DNA from: the human T2T-CHM13v2.0 reference genome, Homo sapiens
DNA length: 64,000 nucleotides
NCBI RefSeq assembly: GCF_009914755.1
Contig: NC_060925.1
Direction: 5' to 3' (one strand)
In this document: positions 1 through 14,300 of the stretch, one piece after another
Layout: each line of letters starts with the position of its first letter
Numbering within the stretch: the first letter of the stretch is position 1
Notes under the pieces: generated by a model
Told to the model about the DNA's origin: nothing
The model's input: the letters and a program-made list of their open reading frames with translations, nothing else
Database searches by the model: none
Program-made: the position numbers and the translations under genes

Positions 1-924
1 TTCAATTCGATGGTGTTTCCATTCGATTCATTCGATGTTGATTCTATTAGCTTCCGTTGGATGATGATTCCATTCGGGTCCATTCGATGAGGATCACACT
101 GGATTTCATTCCATAATTCTTTTCGATTCCATTCGATGATGATTCCATTCATTTCCATCCGATGATGATTCCATTCGATTCCGTTTGATGATTATTCCAT
201 TCGAGTCCATTCGATGATTCCATTCGATTCCATTCGATGATGATTGCATTCGAGTCCATGGATAATTCCATTCCATTCCATTAGATGATTCCATTCGGGT
301 CCGTTCGATGATTCTCTTCGATTCCATTCGATAATTCCGTTTTTTTCCGTTTGTTGTTGATACCTTTCGATTCCATTCGATGATAATTCCATTCGATTCT
401 ATGCGATGATTCCATTCCATTCCATTTGAAGATGATTCCATTCGAGACCATTCGATGATTGCATTCAATTCATTCGATGACGATTCCATTCAATTCCGTT
501 CAATGATTCCATTTGATTCCACTTGATGTTGATTCCATTCTATTCCATTTTATGATGATTCCATGGAATTCCATTAGATGATGACTCCTTTCATTTCCAT
601 TCGATGATGATTCCATTCGTTTCCATCCGATGATGATTCCATTCGATTCCGTTCAATGATTATTCCATTCGTGTCCATTCGATGATTCCATTCGATTCCA
701 TTCGATGATGATTGCATTCGAGTCCGTGGATTATTCCATTCCATTCCATTAGATGATTCCATTCGAGTCCATTCGATGATTCTTTTCGATTCCATTCGAT
801 AATTCCGCTTGATTCCGTTTGATGTTGATTCCATTCGAGTCCATTCAATGTTAATTCCATTCGATTCTATGCGATGATTCCATTCCTTTCCAATAGAAGA
901 TGATTCCATTCGAGACCATTCGAT

Positions 925-1722
925 GATTGCATTCAGTTCATTCGATGACGATTCCATTCAATTCTGTTCAATGATTCCATTAGATTCCATTTGATGATGA
1001 TTCCATTCGATTCCATTTGATGATGATTCCATGCGATTCCATTAGATGATGACCCCTTTCATTTCCATTCAATGAGGATTCCATTCGGTTCCATTTGATG
1101 ATGATGCCTTTGAATTCCATTTTATGACAAATCCATTCAATACCAATTGATGATGGTTATTTTTGATTCCATTTGATGATGATTACATTCGATTCCATTT
1201 GATCATAATTCCATTCGATTCCACTCGATGATTCCATTCGATTCCATTCAATGATGATTCCATTCGAGTTCATTGACTGTTGCATTCCATTCCATTCGAT
1301 GATTCCATTCGAGTCCATTCGATGATTGCATTCAATTCATTCGATGACGATTCCATTCAATTCTGTTCAATGATTCCTTTAGATTCCATTTGATGATGAT
1401 TCCATTCGATTCCATTTGATGATGATTCCATGCGATTCCATTAGATGATGACCCCTTTCATTTCCATTCAATGAGGATTCCCTTCGGTTCCATTTGATGA
1501 TGATTCCTTTGAATTCCATTTGATGACAATTCCTTACAATACCAATTGATGATGGTTATTTTTCATTCCATTTGATGATGATTACATTCGATTCCATTTG
1601 ATCATAATTCCATTCGATTCCACTCGATGATTCCATTCGATTCCATTCAATGATGATTCCATTCGAGTTCATTGACTGTTCGGTTCCATTCCATTCGATG
1701 ATTCCATTCGAGTCCATTCGAT
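925..1722 (+). repeat. 399-bp internal tandem duplication in HOR monomer A (also at +8370 and +16740)
   Basis: gattgcattca[g/a]ttcattcgatgacgattccattcaattctgttcaatg starts at 925 and again at 1324. Both copies carry gacccctttc...taccaattgatgatggttatt...gagttcattgactgtt. 2175-399=1776. Confidence 0.9.
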
Positions 1723-4010
1723 GATTCTATTCGATTGCATTCGATAATTCCATTCGATTGCATTCGATAATTCCATTCGATTCCATTTGAGGATAATTCC
1801 ATTTGAGTCCATTCGATGATTGTTCCATTCGATTCTATTCGGTGATTCCATTGGATTCCATTTGATAATGATTCCAATTGAGACCATTCCATGATTCCAT
1901 TCAATTCCATTCAATAATGATCTCTTTCGAGTCCATTCAATGATTCCATTCCAGTCCATTCGATGATTCCATGTGATTCCATTCAATGAATCCATTCGAT
2001 TCCATTCTATGTCGATTCTATTTATTTCCATCTGATGATGATTCCATTCGATTCCATTCAATGATACCATTCGATTCCATTGGATAATGATTTCAATCAA
2101 TTTTATTCGATGATTCCATTCGAATCCATTCGATGATGAGTCCATCCATTTCAATTTCATAATAATTCCATTCGTTTGAATTCGATGGTGTTTCCATTCG
2201 ATTCATTTGATGTTGATTCCATTAGCATCCGTTGGATGATGAGTCCATTCGGGTCCATTCGATGATGATCACACTGGATTTCATTCCATAATTCTATTTG
2301 ATTCCATTCGATGATGATTCCATTCATTTCCATCCAATGATGATTCCATTCGATTCCGTTCAATGATTATTCCTTTAGAGTCCATTCGATGATTCCATTC
2401 GATTCCATTCGATGATGATTGCATTCGAGTCCATGGATTATTCCATTCCATTCCATTAGATGATTCCATTCGGGTCCATTCGATGATTCTCTTCGATTCC
2501 ATTCGATAATTCCGTTTTTTTCCGTTTGATGTTGATTCCATTCGATTCCATTCGATGATAATTCCATTCGATTCTATGCGATGATTCCATTCCATTCCAT
2601 TTGAAGATGATTCCATTCGAGACCATTCGATGATTGCATTCAATTCATTCGATGACGATTCCATTCAATTCCGTTCAATGATTCCATTTGATTCCATTTG
2701 ATTTGATTCCATTCGATTCCATTTTATGATGGTTCCATGCAATTCCATTAGATGATGACTCCTTTCATTTCCATTCGATGATGATTCCGTTCTTTTCCAT
2801 CGAAGATGATGATTCCATTCGATTCCGTTCAATGATTATTCCATTCGAGTCCATTCGATGATTCCATTCGATTCTATACGATGATGATTGTATTCGAGTC
2901 CGTGGATTATTCCATTCCATTCCATTAGATGATTCCATTCGAGTCCATTCGATGATTCTCTTCGATTCCATTCGATAATTCCGCTTGATTCCGTTTGATG
3001 TTGATTCCGCTCGAGTCCATTCAATGTTAATTCCATTCGATTCTATGCGATGATTCCATTCCTTTCCATTAGAAGATGATTCCCTTCGAGACCGTTCGAT
3101 GATTGCATTCAATTCATTCGATGACGATTCCATTCAATTCTGTTCAATGTTTCCATTAGATTCCATTTGATGATGATTGCATTCGATTCCATTTGATGAT
3201 GATTCCATGCGATTCCATTAGATGATGACCCCTTCATTTCCATTCAATGAGGATTCCATTCGGTTCCATTTGATGATGATTCCTTTGAATTCCATTTGAT
3301 GACAATTCCATTCAACACCAATTGATGATGGTTATTTTTGATTCCATTTGATGATGATTACATTCGATTCCATTTGATCATAATTCCATTCGATTCCACT
3401 CGATGATTCCATTCGATTCCATTCAATGTTGATTCCATTCGAGTTCATTGACTGTTCCATTCCATTCCATTTGATAATTCCATTCGATTGCATTCGATAA
3501 TTCCATTCGATTCCATTTGAGGATAATTCCATTTGAGTCCATTCGATGATTGTTCCATTCGATTCTATTCGGTGATTCCATTCGATTCCATTTGATAATG
3601 ATTCCAATCGAGACCATTCGATGATTCCATTCAATTCCATTCAATCATGATCCCTTTCGAGTCCATTCAATGATTCCATTCCAGTCCACTCGATGATTCC
3701 ATCTGATTCCATTCAATGAATCCGTTCGATTCCATTCTATGACGATTCCATTCATTTCCATCTGATGATGATTCCATTCGATTCCATTCAATGATACCAT
3801 TCGATTCCATTCGATGATGATTTCAATCAATTTTATTCGATGATTCCATTCGAATCCATTCGATGATGAGTCCATCCATTTCAATTTCATGGTAATTCCA
3901 TTCGTTTCAATTCGATGGTGTTTCCATTTGATTCATTCGATGTTGATTCCATTAGCTTCCGTTGGATGATGATTCCATTCGGGTACATTCGATGATGATC
4001 ACACTGCATT

Positions 4011-5882
4011 TCATTCCATAATTCTATTCGATTCCATTCGATGATGATTCCATTCATTTCCATCCGACGATGATTCCATTCGATTCCGTTCAATGATTAT
4101 TCCATTCGAGTCCATTCGATGATTCCATTCGATTCCATTCGATGATGATTGCATTCGAGTCCATGGATTATTCCATTCCATTCCATTAGATGATTCCATT
4201 CGGGTCCATTCGATGATTCTCTTTGATTCCATTCGATAATTCCGTTTTTTTCCGTTTGATGTTGATTCCATTCGATTCCATTCGATGATAATTCCATTCG
4301 ATTCTATGCGATGATTCCATTCCATTCCATTTGAAGATGATTCCATTCGAGACCATTCGATGATTGCATTCAATTCATTCGATGACGATTCCATTCAATT
4401 CCGTTCAATGATTCCATTTGATTCCATTTGATGTTGATTCCATTCGATTCCATTTTATGATGATTCCATGCAATTCCATTAGATGATGACTCCTTTCATT
4501 TCCATTCGATGATGATTCCATTCGTTTCCATCCGATGATGATTCCATTCGATTCCGTTCAATGATTATTCCATTCGAGTCCATTCGATGATTCCATTCGA
4601 TTCCATTCGATGATGATTGCATTCGAGTCCATGGATTATTCCATTCCATTCCATTAGATGATTCCATGCGGGTCCGTTCGATGATTCTCTTCGATTCCAT
4701 TCGATAATTCCGTTTTTTTCCGTTTGATGTTGATACCATTCGATTCCATTCGATCATAATTCAATACGATTCTATGCGATGATTCCATTCCATTCCATTT
4801 GAAGATGATTCCATTCGAGACCATTCGATGATTGCATTCAATTCATTCGATGACGATTCCATTAAATTCTGTTCAATGATTCCATTTGGTTCCATATGAT
4901 GTTGATTCCATTGGATTCCATTTGATGATGATTCCATGCAATTCCATTAGATGATGACTCCTTTCATTTCCATTCGATGATGATTCCATTCGTTTCCATC
5001 CGATGATGATTCCATTCGATTCCGTGCAATGATTATTCCATTCGAGTCCATTCGATGATTCCATTCGATTCCATTCGATGATGATTGCATTCGAGTCCAT
5101 GGATTATTCCATTCCATTGCATTAGATGATTCCAAGCGGGTCCGTTCGATGATTCTCTTCGATTCCATTCGATAATTCCGTTTTTTTCCGTTTGATGTTG
5201 ATACCATTCGATTCCATTCGATCATAATTCCATACGATTCTATGCGATGATTCCATTCCATTCCATTTGAAGATGATTCCATTCGAGACCATTCGATGAT
5301 TGCATTCAATTCATTCGATGACGATTCCATTCAATTCCGTTCAATTATTCCATTTGAATCCATTTGATGTTGATTCCATTCGATTCCATTTGATGATGAT
5401 TCCATGCAATTCCATTAGATGATGACTTCTTTCATTTCCATTCGATGATGATTCCATTCGTTTCCATCCGATGATGGTTCCATTCGATTCCGTGCAATGA
5501 TTATTCCATTCGAGTCCATTCGATGATTCCATTAGATTCTATATGATGATGATTGCATTCGAGTCCGTGGATTATTCCATTCCATTCCATTAGATGATTC
5601 CATTCGAGTCCATTCGATGATTCTCTTCGATTGCATTCGATAATTCCGCTTGATACCGTTTGATGTTGATTCCATTCGAGTCCATTCAATGTTAATTCCA
5701 TTCGATTCTATGCGATGATTCCATTCCTTTCCATTAGAAGATGATTCCATTCGAGACCATTCGATGATTACATTCAATTCATTCGATGACAATTCCATTC
5801 AATTCTGTTCCATGATTCCATTAGATTCCATTTGATGATGATTCCATTCGATTCCATTTGATGATGATTCCATGCGATTCCA
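4011..5882 (+). repeat. Four tandem 468-bp subunits in HOR monomer C (normal monomers have two)
   Basis: ORF-track landmarks at 4011/4479/4947 and 4394/5330/5798 are spaced by 468 or 936 bp. Monomer length 2712 = 1776 + 2x468. Confidence 0.9.
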
Positions 5883-8370
5883 TTAGATGATGACCCCTTT
5901 CATTTCCATTCAATGAGGATTCCATTCGGTTCCATTTGATGATGTTTCCTTTGAATTCCATTTGATGACAATTCCATTCAATACCAATTGATGATGGTTA
6001 TTTTTGATTCCATTTGATGATGATTACATTCGATTCCATTTGATCATAATTCCATTCGATTCCACTCGATGATTCCATTCGATTCCATTCAATGATGATT
6101 CCATTCGAGTTCATTGACTGTTCCATTCCATTCCATTCGATGATTCCATTCGAGTCCATTTGATGATTGTATTCGATTGCATTCGATAATTCCATTCGAT
6201 TGCATTCGATAATTCCATTCGATTCCATTTGAGGATAATTCCATTTGAGTCCATTCGATGATTGTTCCATTCGATTCTATTCGGTGATTCCATTCGATTC
6301 CATTTGATAATGATTCCAATCGAGACCATTCGATGATTCCATTCAATTCCATTCAATAATGATCCCTTTCCAGTCCATTCAATGATTCCATTCCAGTCCA
6401 TTCGATGATTCCATCTGATTCCATTCAATGAATCCATTCGATTCCATTCTATGACGATTCCATTCATTTCCATCTGATGATGATTCCATTCGATTCCATT
6501 CAATGATACCATTCGATTCCATTCGATGATGATTTCAATCAATTTTAGTCGATGATTCCATTCGAATCCATTCGATGATGTGTCCATCCATTTCAATTTC
6601 ATGGTAATTCCATTCGTTTCAATTCGATGGTGTTTCCATTTGATTCATTCGATGTTGATTCCATTAGCTTCCGTTGGATGATGATTCCATTCGGGTCCAT
6701 TCGATGATGATCACACTGGATTTCATTCCATAATTCTATTCGATTCCATTCGATGATGATTCCATTCGTTTCCATCCGATGATGATTCCATTCGATTCCG
6801 TGCAATGATTATTCCATTCGAGTCCATTCGATGATTCCATTCGATTCCATTCGATGATGATTGCATTCGAGTCCATGGATTATTCCATTCCATTCCATTA
6901 GATGATTCCAAGCGGGTCCGTTCGATGATTCTCTTCGATTCCATTCGATAATTCCGTTTTTTTCCGTTTGATGTTGATACCATTCGATTCCATTCGATCA
7001 TAATTCCATACGATTCTATGCGATGATTCCATTCCATTCCATTTGAAGATGATTCCATTCGAGACCATTCGATGATTGCATTCAATTCATTCGAGGACGA
7101 TTCCATTCAATTCCGTTCAATTATTCCATTTGAATCCATTTGATGTTGATTCCATTCGATTCCATTTGATGATGATTCCATGCAATTCCATTAGATGATG
7201 ACTCCTTTCATTTCCATTCGATGATGATTCCATTCGTTTCCATCCGATGATGGTTCCATTCGATTCCGTGCAATGATTATTCCATTCGAGTCCATTCGAT
7301 GATTCCATTAGATTCTATATGATGATGATTGCATTCGAGTCCGTGGATTATTCCATTCCATTCCATTAGATGATTCCATTCGAGTCCATTCGATGATTCT
7401 CTTCGATTGCATTCGATAATTCCGCTTGATACCGTTTGATGTTGATTCCATTCGAGTCCATTCAATGTTAATTCCATTCTATTCTATGCGATGATTCCAT
7501 TCCTTTCCATTAGAAGATGATTCCATTCGAGACCATTCGATGATTGCATTCAATTCATTCGATGACGATTCCATTCAATTCTGTTCAGTGATTCCATTAG
7601 ATTCCATTTGATGATGATTCCATTCGATTCCATTTGATGATGATTCCATGTGATTCCATTAGATGATGACCCCTTTCATTTCCATTCAATGAGGATTCCA
7701 TTCGGTTCCATTTGATGATGATTCCTTTGAATTCCATTTGATGACAATTCCATTCAATACCAATTGATGATGGTTATTTTTGATTCCATTTGATGATGAT
7801 TACATTCGATTCCATTTGATCATAATTCCATTCGATTCCACTCGATGATTCCATACGATTCCATTCAATGATGATTCCATTCGAGTTCATTGACTGTTCC
7901 ATTCCATTCCATTCGATGATTCCATTCGAGTCCATTCGATGATTCTATTCGATTGCATTCGATAATTCCATTCGATTGCATTTGAGGATAATTCCATTTG
8001 AGTCCATTCGATGATTGTTCCATTCGATTCTATTCGGTGATTCCATTCGATTCCATTTGATAATGATTCCAATCGAGACCATTCGATGATTCCATTCAAT
8101 TCCGTTCAATAATGATCCCTTTCCAGTCCATTCAATGATTCCATTCCAGTCCATTCGATGATTCCATCTGATTCCATTCAATGAATGCATTCGATTCCAT
8201 TCTATGACGATTCCGTTCATTTCCATCTGATGATGATTCCATTCGATTCCATTCAATGATACCATTCGATTCCATTTGATGATGATTTCAATCAATTTTA
8301 TTCGATGATTCCATTTGAATCCATTCGATGATGAGTCCATCCATTTCAATTTCATGATAATTCCATTCGT

Positions 8371-11300
8371 TTCAATTCGATGGTGTTTCCATTCGATTCA
8401 TTCGATGTTGATTCTATTAGCTTCCGTTGGATGATGATTCCATTCGGGTCCATTCGATGAGGATCACACTGGATTTCATTCCATAATTCTTTTCGATTCC
8501 ATTCGATGATGATTCCATTCATTTCCATCCGATGATGATTCCATTCGATTCCGTTTGATGATTATTCCATTCGAGTCCATTCGATGATTCCATTCGATTC
8601 CATTCGATGATGATTGCATTCGAGTCCATGGATAATTCCATTCCATTCCATTAGATGATTCCATTCGGGTCCGTTCGATGATTCTCTTCGATTCCATTCG
8701 ATAATTCCGTTTTTTTCCGTTTGTTGTTGATACCTTTCGATTCCATTCGATGATAATTCCATTCGATTCTATGCGATGATTCCATTCCATTCCATTTGAA
8801 GATGATTCCATTCGAGACCATTCGATGATTGCATTCAATTCATTCGATGACGATTCCATTCAATTCCGTTCAATGATTCCATTTGATTCCACTTGATGTT
8901 GATTCCATTCTATTCCATTTTATGATGATTCCATGGAATTCCATTAGATGATGACTCCTTTCATTTCCATTCGATGATGATTCCATTCGTTTCCATCCGA
9001 TGATGATTCCATTCGATTCCGTTCAATGATTATTCCATTCGTGTCCATTCGATGATTCCATTCGATTCCATTCGATGATGATTGCATTCGAGTCCGTGGA
9101 TTATTCCATTCCATTCCATTAGATGATTCCATTCGAGTCCATTCGATGATTCTTTTCGATTCCATTCGATAATTCCGCTTGATTCCGTTTGATGTTGATT
9201 CCATTCGAGTCCATTCAATGTTAATTCCATTCGATTCTATGCGATGATTCCATTCCTTTCCAATAGAAGATGATTCCATTCGAGACCATTCGATGATTGC
9301 ATTCAGTTCATTCGATGACGATTCCATTCAATTCTGTTCAATGATTCCATTAGATTCCATTTGATGATGATTCCATTCGATTCCATTTGATGATGATTCC
9401 ATGCGATTCCATTAGATGATGACCCCTTTCATTTCCATTCAATGAGGATTCCATTCGGTTCCATTTGATGATGATGCCTTTGAATTCCATTTTATGACAA
9501 ATCCATTCAATACCAATTGATGATGGTTATTTTTGATTCCATTTGATGATGATTACATTCGATTCCATTTGATCATAATTCCATTCGATTCCACTCGATG
9601 ATTCCATTCGATTCCATTCAATGATGATTCCATTCGAGTTCATTGACTGTTGCATTCCATTCCATTCGATGATTCCATTCGAGTCCATTCGATGATTGCA
9701 TTCAATTCATTCGATGACGATTCCATTCAATTCTGTTCAATGATTCCTTTAGATTCCATTTGATGATGATTCCATTCGATTCCATTTGATGATGATTCCA
9801 TGCGATTCCATTAGATGATGACCCCTTTCATTTCCATTCAATGAGGATTCCCTTCGGTTCCATTTGATGATGATTCCTTTGAATTCCATTTGATGACAAT
9901 TCCTTACAATACCAATTGATGATGGTTATTTTTCATTCCATTTGATGATGATTACATTCGATTCCATTTGATCATAATTCCATTCGATTCCACTCGATGA
10001 TTCCATTCGATTCCATTCAATGATGATTCCATTCGAGTTCATTGACTGTTCGGTTCCATTCCATTCGATGATTCCATTCGAGTCCATTCGATGATTCTAT
10101 TCGATTGCATTCGATAATTCCATTCGATTGCATTCGATAATTCCATTCGATTCCATTTGAGGATAATTCCATTTGAGTCCATTCGATGATTGTTCCATTC
10201 GATTCTATTCGGTGATTCCATTGGATTCCATTTGATAATGATTCCAATTGAGACCATTCCATGATTCCATTCAATTCCATTCAATAATGATCTCTTTCGA
10301 GTCCATTCAATGATTCCATTCCAGTCCATTCGATGATTCCATGTGATTCCATTCAATGAATCCATTCGATTCCATTCTATGTCGATTCTATTTATTTCCA
10401 TCTGATGATGATTCCATTCGATTCCATTCAATGATACCATTCGATTCCATTGGATAATGATTTCAATCAATTTTATTCGATGATTCCATTCGAATCCATT
10501 CGATGATGAGTCCATCCATTTCAATTTCATAATAATTCCATTCGTTTGAATTCGATGGTGTTTCCATTCGATTCATTTGATGTTGATTCCATTAGCATCC
10601 GTTGGATGATGAGTCCATTCGGGTCCATTCGATGATGATCACACTGGATTTCATTCCATAATTCTATTTGATTCCATTCGATGATGATTCCATTCATTTC
10701 CATCCAATGATGATTCCATTCGATTCCGTTCAATGATTATTCCTTTAGAGTCCATTCGATGATTCCATTCGATTCCATTCGATGATGATTGCATTCGAGT
10801 CCATGGATTATTCCATTCCATTCCATTAGATGATTCCATTCGGGTCCATTCGATGATTCTCTTCGATTCCATTCGATAATTCCGTTTTTTTCCGTTTGAT
10901 GTTGATTCCATTCGATTCCATTCGATGATAATTCCATTCGATTCTATGCGATGATTCCATTCCATTCCATTTGAAGATGATTCCATTCGAGACCATTCGA
11001 TGATTGCATTCAATTCATTCGATGACGATTCCATTCAATTCCGTTCAATGATTCCATTTGATTCCATTTGATTTGATTCCATTCGATTCCATTTTATGAT
11101 GGTTCCATGCAATTCCATTAGATGATGACTCCTTTCATTTCCATTCGATGATGATTCCGTTCTTTTCCATCGAAGATGATGATTCCATTCGATTCCGTTC
11201 AATGATTATTCCATTCGAGTCCATTCGATGATTCCATTCGATTCTATACGATGATGATTGTATTCGAGTCCGTGGATTATTCCATTCCATTCCATTAGAT

Positions 11301-14300
11301 GATTCCATTCGAGTCCATTCGATGATTCTCTTCGATTCCATTCGATAATTCCGCTTGATTCCGTTTGATGTTGATTCCGCTCGAGTCCATTCAATGTTAA
11401 TTCCATTCGATTCTATGCGATGATTCCATTCCTTTCCATTAGAAGATGATTCCCTTCGAGACCGTTCGATGATTGCATTCAATTCATTCGATGACGATTC
11501 CATTCAATTCTGTTCAATGTTTCCATTAGATTCCATTTGATGATGATTGCATTCGATTCCATTTGATGATGATTCCATGCGATTCCATTAGATGATGACC
11601 CCTTCATTTCCATTCAATGAGGATTCCATTCGGTTCCATTTGATGATGATTCCTTTGAATTCCATTTGATGACAATTCCATTCAACACCAATTGATGATG
11701 GTTATTTTTGATTCCATTTGATGATGATTACATTCGATTCCATTTGATCATAATTCCATTCGATTCCACTCGATGATTCCATTCGATTCCATTCAATGTT
11801 GATTCCATTCGAGTTCATTGACTGTTCCATTCCATTCCATTTGATAATTCCATTCGATTGCATTCGATAATTCCATTCGATTCCATTTGAGGATAATTCC
11901 ATTTGAGTCCATTCGATGATTGTTCCATTCGATTCTATTCGGTGATTCCATTCGATTCCATTTGATAATGATTCCAATCGAGACCATTCGATGATTCCAT
12001 TCAATTCCATTCAATCATGATCCCTTTCGAGTCCATTCAATGATTCCATTCCAGTCCACTCGATGATTCCATCTGATTCCATTCAATGAATCCGTTCGAT
12101 TCCATTCTATGACGATTCCATTCATTTCCATCTGATGATGATTCCATTCGATTCCATTCAATGATACCATTCGATTCCATTCGATGATGATTTCAATCAA
12201 TTTTATTCGATGATTCCATTCGAATCCATTCGATGATGAGTCCATCCATTTCAATTTCATGGTAATTCCATTCGTTTCAATTCGATGGTGTTTCCATTTG
12301 ATTCATTCGATGTTGATTCCATTAGCTTCCGTTGGATGATGATTCCATTCGGGTACATTCGATGATGATCACACTGCATTTCATTCCATAATTCTATTCG
12401 ATTCCATTCGATGATGATTCCATTCATTTCCATCCGACGATGATTCCATTCGATTCCGTTCAATGATTATTCCATTCGAGTCCATTCGATGATTCCATTC
12501 GATTCCATTCGATGATGATTGCATTCGAGTCCATGGATTATTCCATTCCATTCCATTAGATGATTCCATTCGGGTCCATTCGATGATTCTCTTTGATTCC
12601 ATTCGATAATTCCGTTTTTTTCCGTTTGATGTTGATTCCATTCGATTCCATTCGATGATAATTCCATTCGATTCTATGCGATGATTCCATTCCATTCCAT
12701 TTGAAGATGATTCCATTCGAGACCATTCGATGATTGCATTCAATTCATTCGATGACGATTCCATTCAATTCCGTTCAATGATTCCATTTGATTCCATTTG
12801 ATGTTGATTCCATTCGATTCCATTTTATGATGATTCCATGCAATTCCATTAGATGATGACTCCTTTCATTTCCATTCGATGATGATTCCATTCGTTTCCA
12901 TCCGATGATGATTCCATTCGATTCCGTTCAATGATTATTCCATTCGAGTCCATTCGATGATTCCATTCGATTCCATTCGATGATGATTGCATTCGAGTCC
13001 ATGGATTATTCCATTCCATTCCATTAGATGATTCCATGCGGGTCCGTTCGATGATTCTCTTCGATTCCATTCGATAATTCCGTTTTTTTCCGTTTGATGT
13101 TGATACCATTCGATTCCATTCGATCATAATTCAATACGATTCTATGCGATGATTCCATTCCATTCCATTTGAAGATGATTCCATTCGAGACCATTCGATG
13201 ATTGCATTCAATTCATTCGATGACGATTCCATTAAATTCTGTTCAATGATTCCATTTGGTTCCATATGATGTTGATTCCATTGGATTCCATTTGATGATG
13301 ATTCCATGCAATTCCATTAGATGATGACTCCTTTCATTTCCATTCGATGATGATTCCATTCGTTTCCATCCGATGATGATTCCATTCGATTCCGTGCAAT
13401 GATTATTCCATTCGAGTCCATTCGATGATTCCATTCGATTCCATTCGATGATGATTGCATTCGAGTCCATGGATTATTCCATTCCATTGCATTAGATGAT
13501 TCCAAGCGGGTCCGTTCGATGATTCTCTTCGATTCCATTCGATAATTCCGTTTTTTTCCGTTTGATGTTGATACCATTCGATTCCATTCGATCATAATTC
13601 CATACGATTCTATGCGATGATTCCATTCCATTCCATTTGAAGATGATTCCATTCGAGACCATTCGATGATTGCATTCAATTCATTCGATGACGATTCCAT
13701 TCAATTCCGTTCAATTATTCCATTTGAATCCATTTGATGTTGATTCCATTCGATTCCATTTGATGATGATTCCATGCAATTCCATTAGATGATGACTTCT
13801 TTCATTTCCATTCGATGATGATTCCATTCGTTTCCATCCGATGATGGTTCCATTCGATTCCGTGCAATGATTATTCCATTCGAGTCCATTCGATGATTCC
13901 ATTAGATTCTATATGATGATGATTGCATTCGAGTCCGTGGATTATTCCATTCCATTCCATTAGATGATTCCATTCGAGTCCATTCGATGATTCTCTTCGA
14001 TTGCATTCGATAATTCCGCTTGATACCGTTTGATGTTGATTCCATTCGAGTCCATTCAATGTTAATTCCATTCGATTCTATGCGATGATTCCATTCCTTT
14101 CCATTAGAAGATGATTCCATTCGAGACCATTCGATGATTACATTCAATTCATTCGATGACAATTCCATTCAATTCTGTTCCATGATTCCATTAGATTCCA
14201 TTTGATGATGATTCCATTCGATTCCATTTGATGATGATTCCATGCGATTCCATTAGATGATGACCCCTTTCATTTCCATTCAATGAGGATTCCATTCGGT

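Larger units (their letters stand above)
1..8370 (+). repeat. 8370-bp higher-order repeat of HSat2, copy 1 (phase set arbitrarily by the window start)
   Basis: Every ORF in the supplied track recurs with an identical translation at +8370 (106/8476, 2281/10651, 4011/12381, 6723/15093, 7945/16315). The sequence at 1, 8371 and 16741 begins identically (ttcaattcgatggtgtttcc...attctattag). Confidence 0.96.

Noticed and set aside
337-349. ccgtttttttccg T7 tract as a terminator or poly-A remnant
   Set aside because: It is a two-base variant of ccgtttgattccg seen at the homologous position in edge monomers. There is no hairpin or adjacent gene, so it serves only as a subunit marker.
972-982. TGATTCCATTA (reverse complement TAATGGAATCA) as a DUX4 site
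   Set aside because: It is only a near-match to the TAAYYBAATCA consensus and arises trivially from the repeat. It cannot be called as a regulatory site without binding data.
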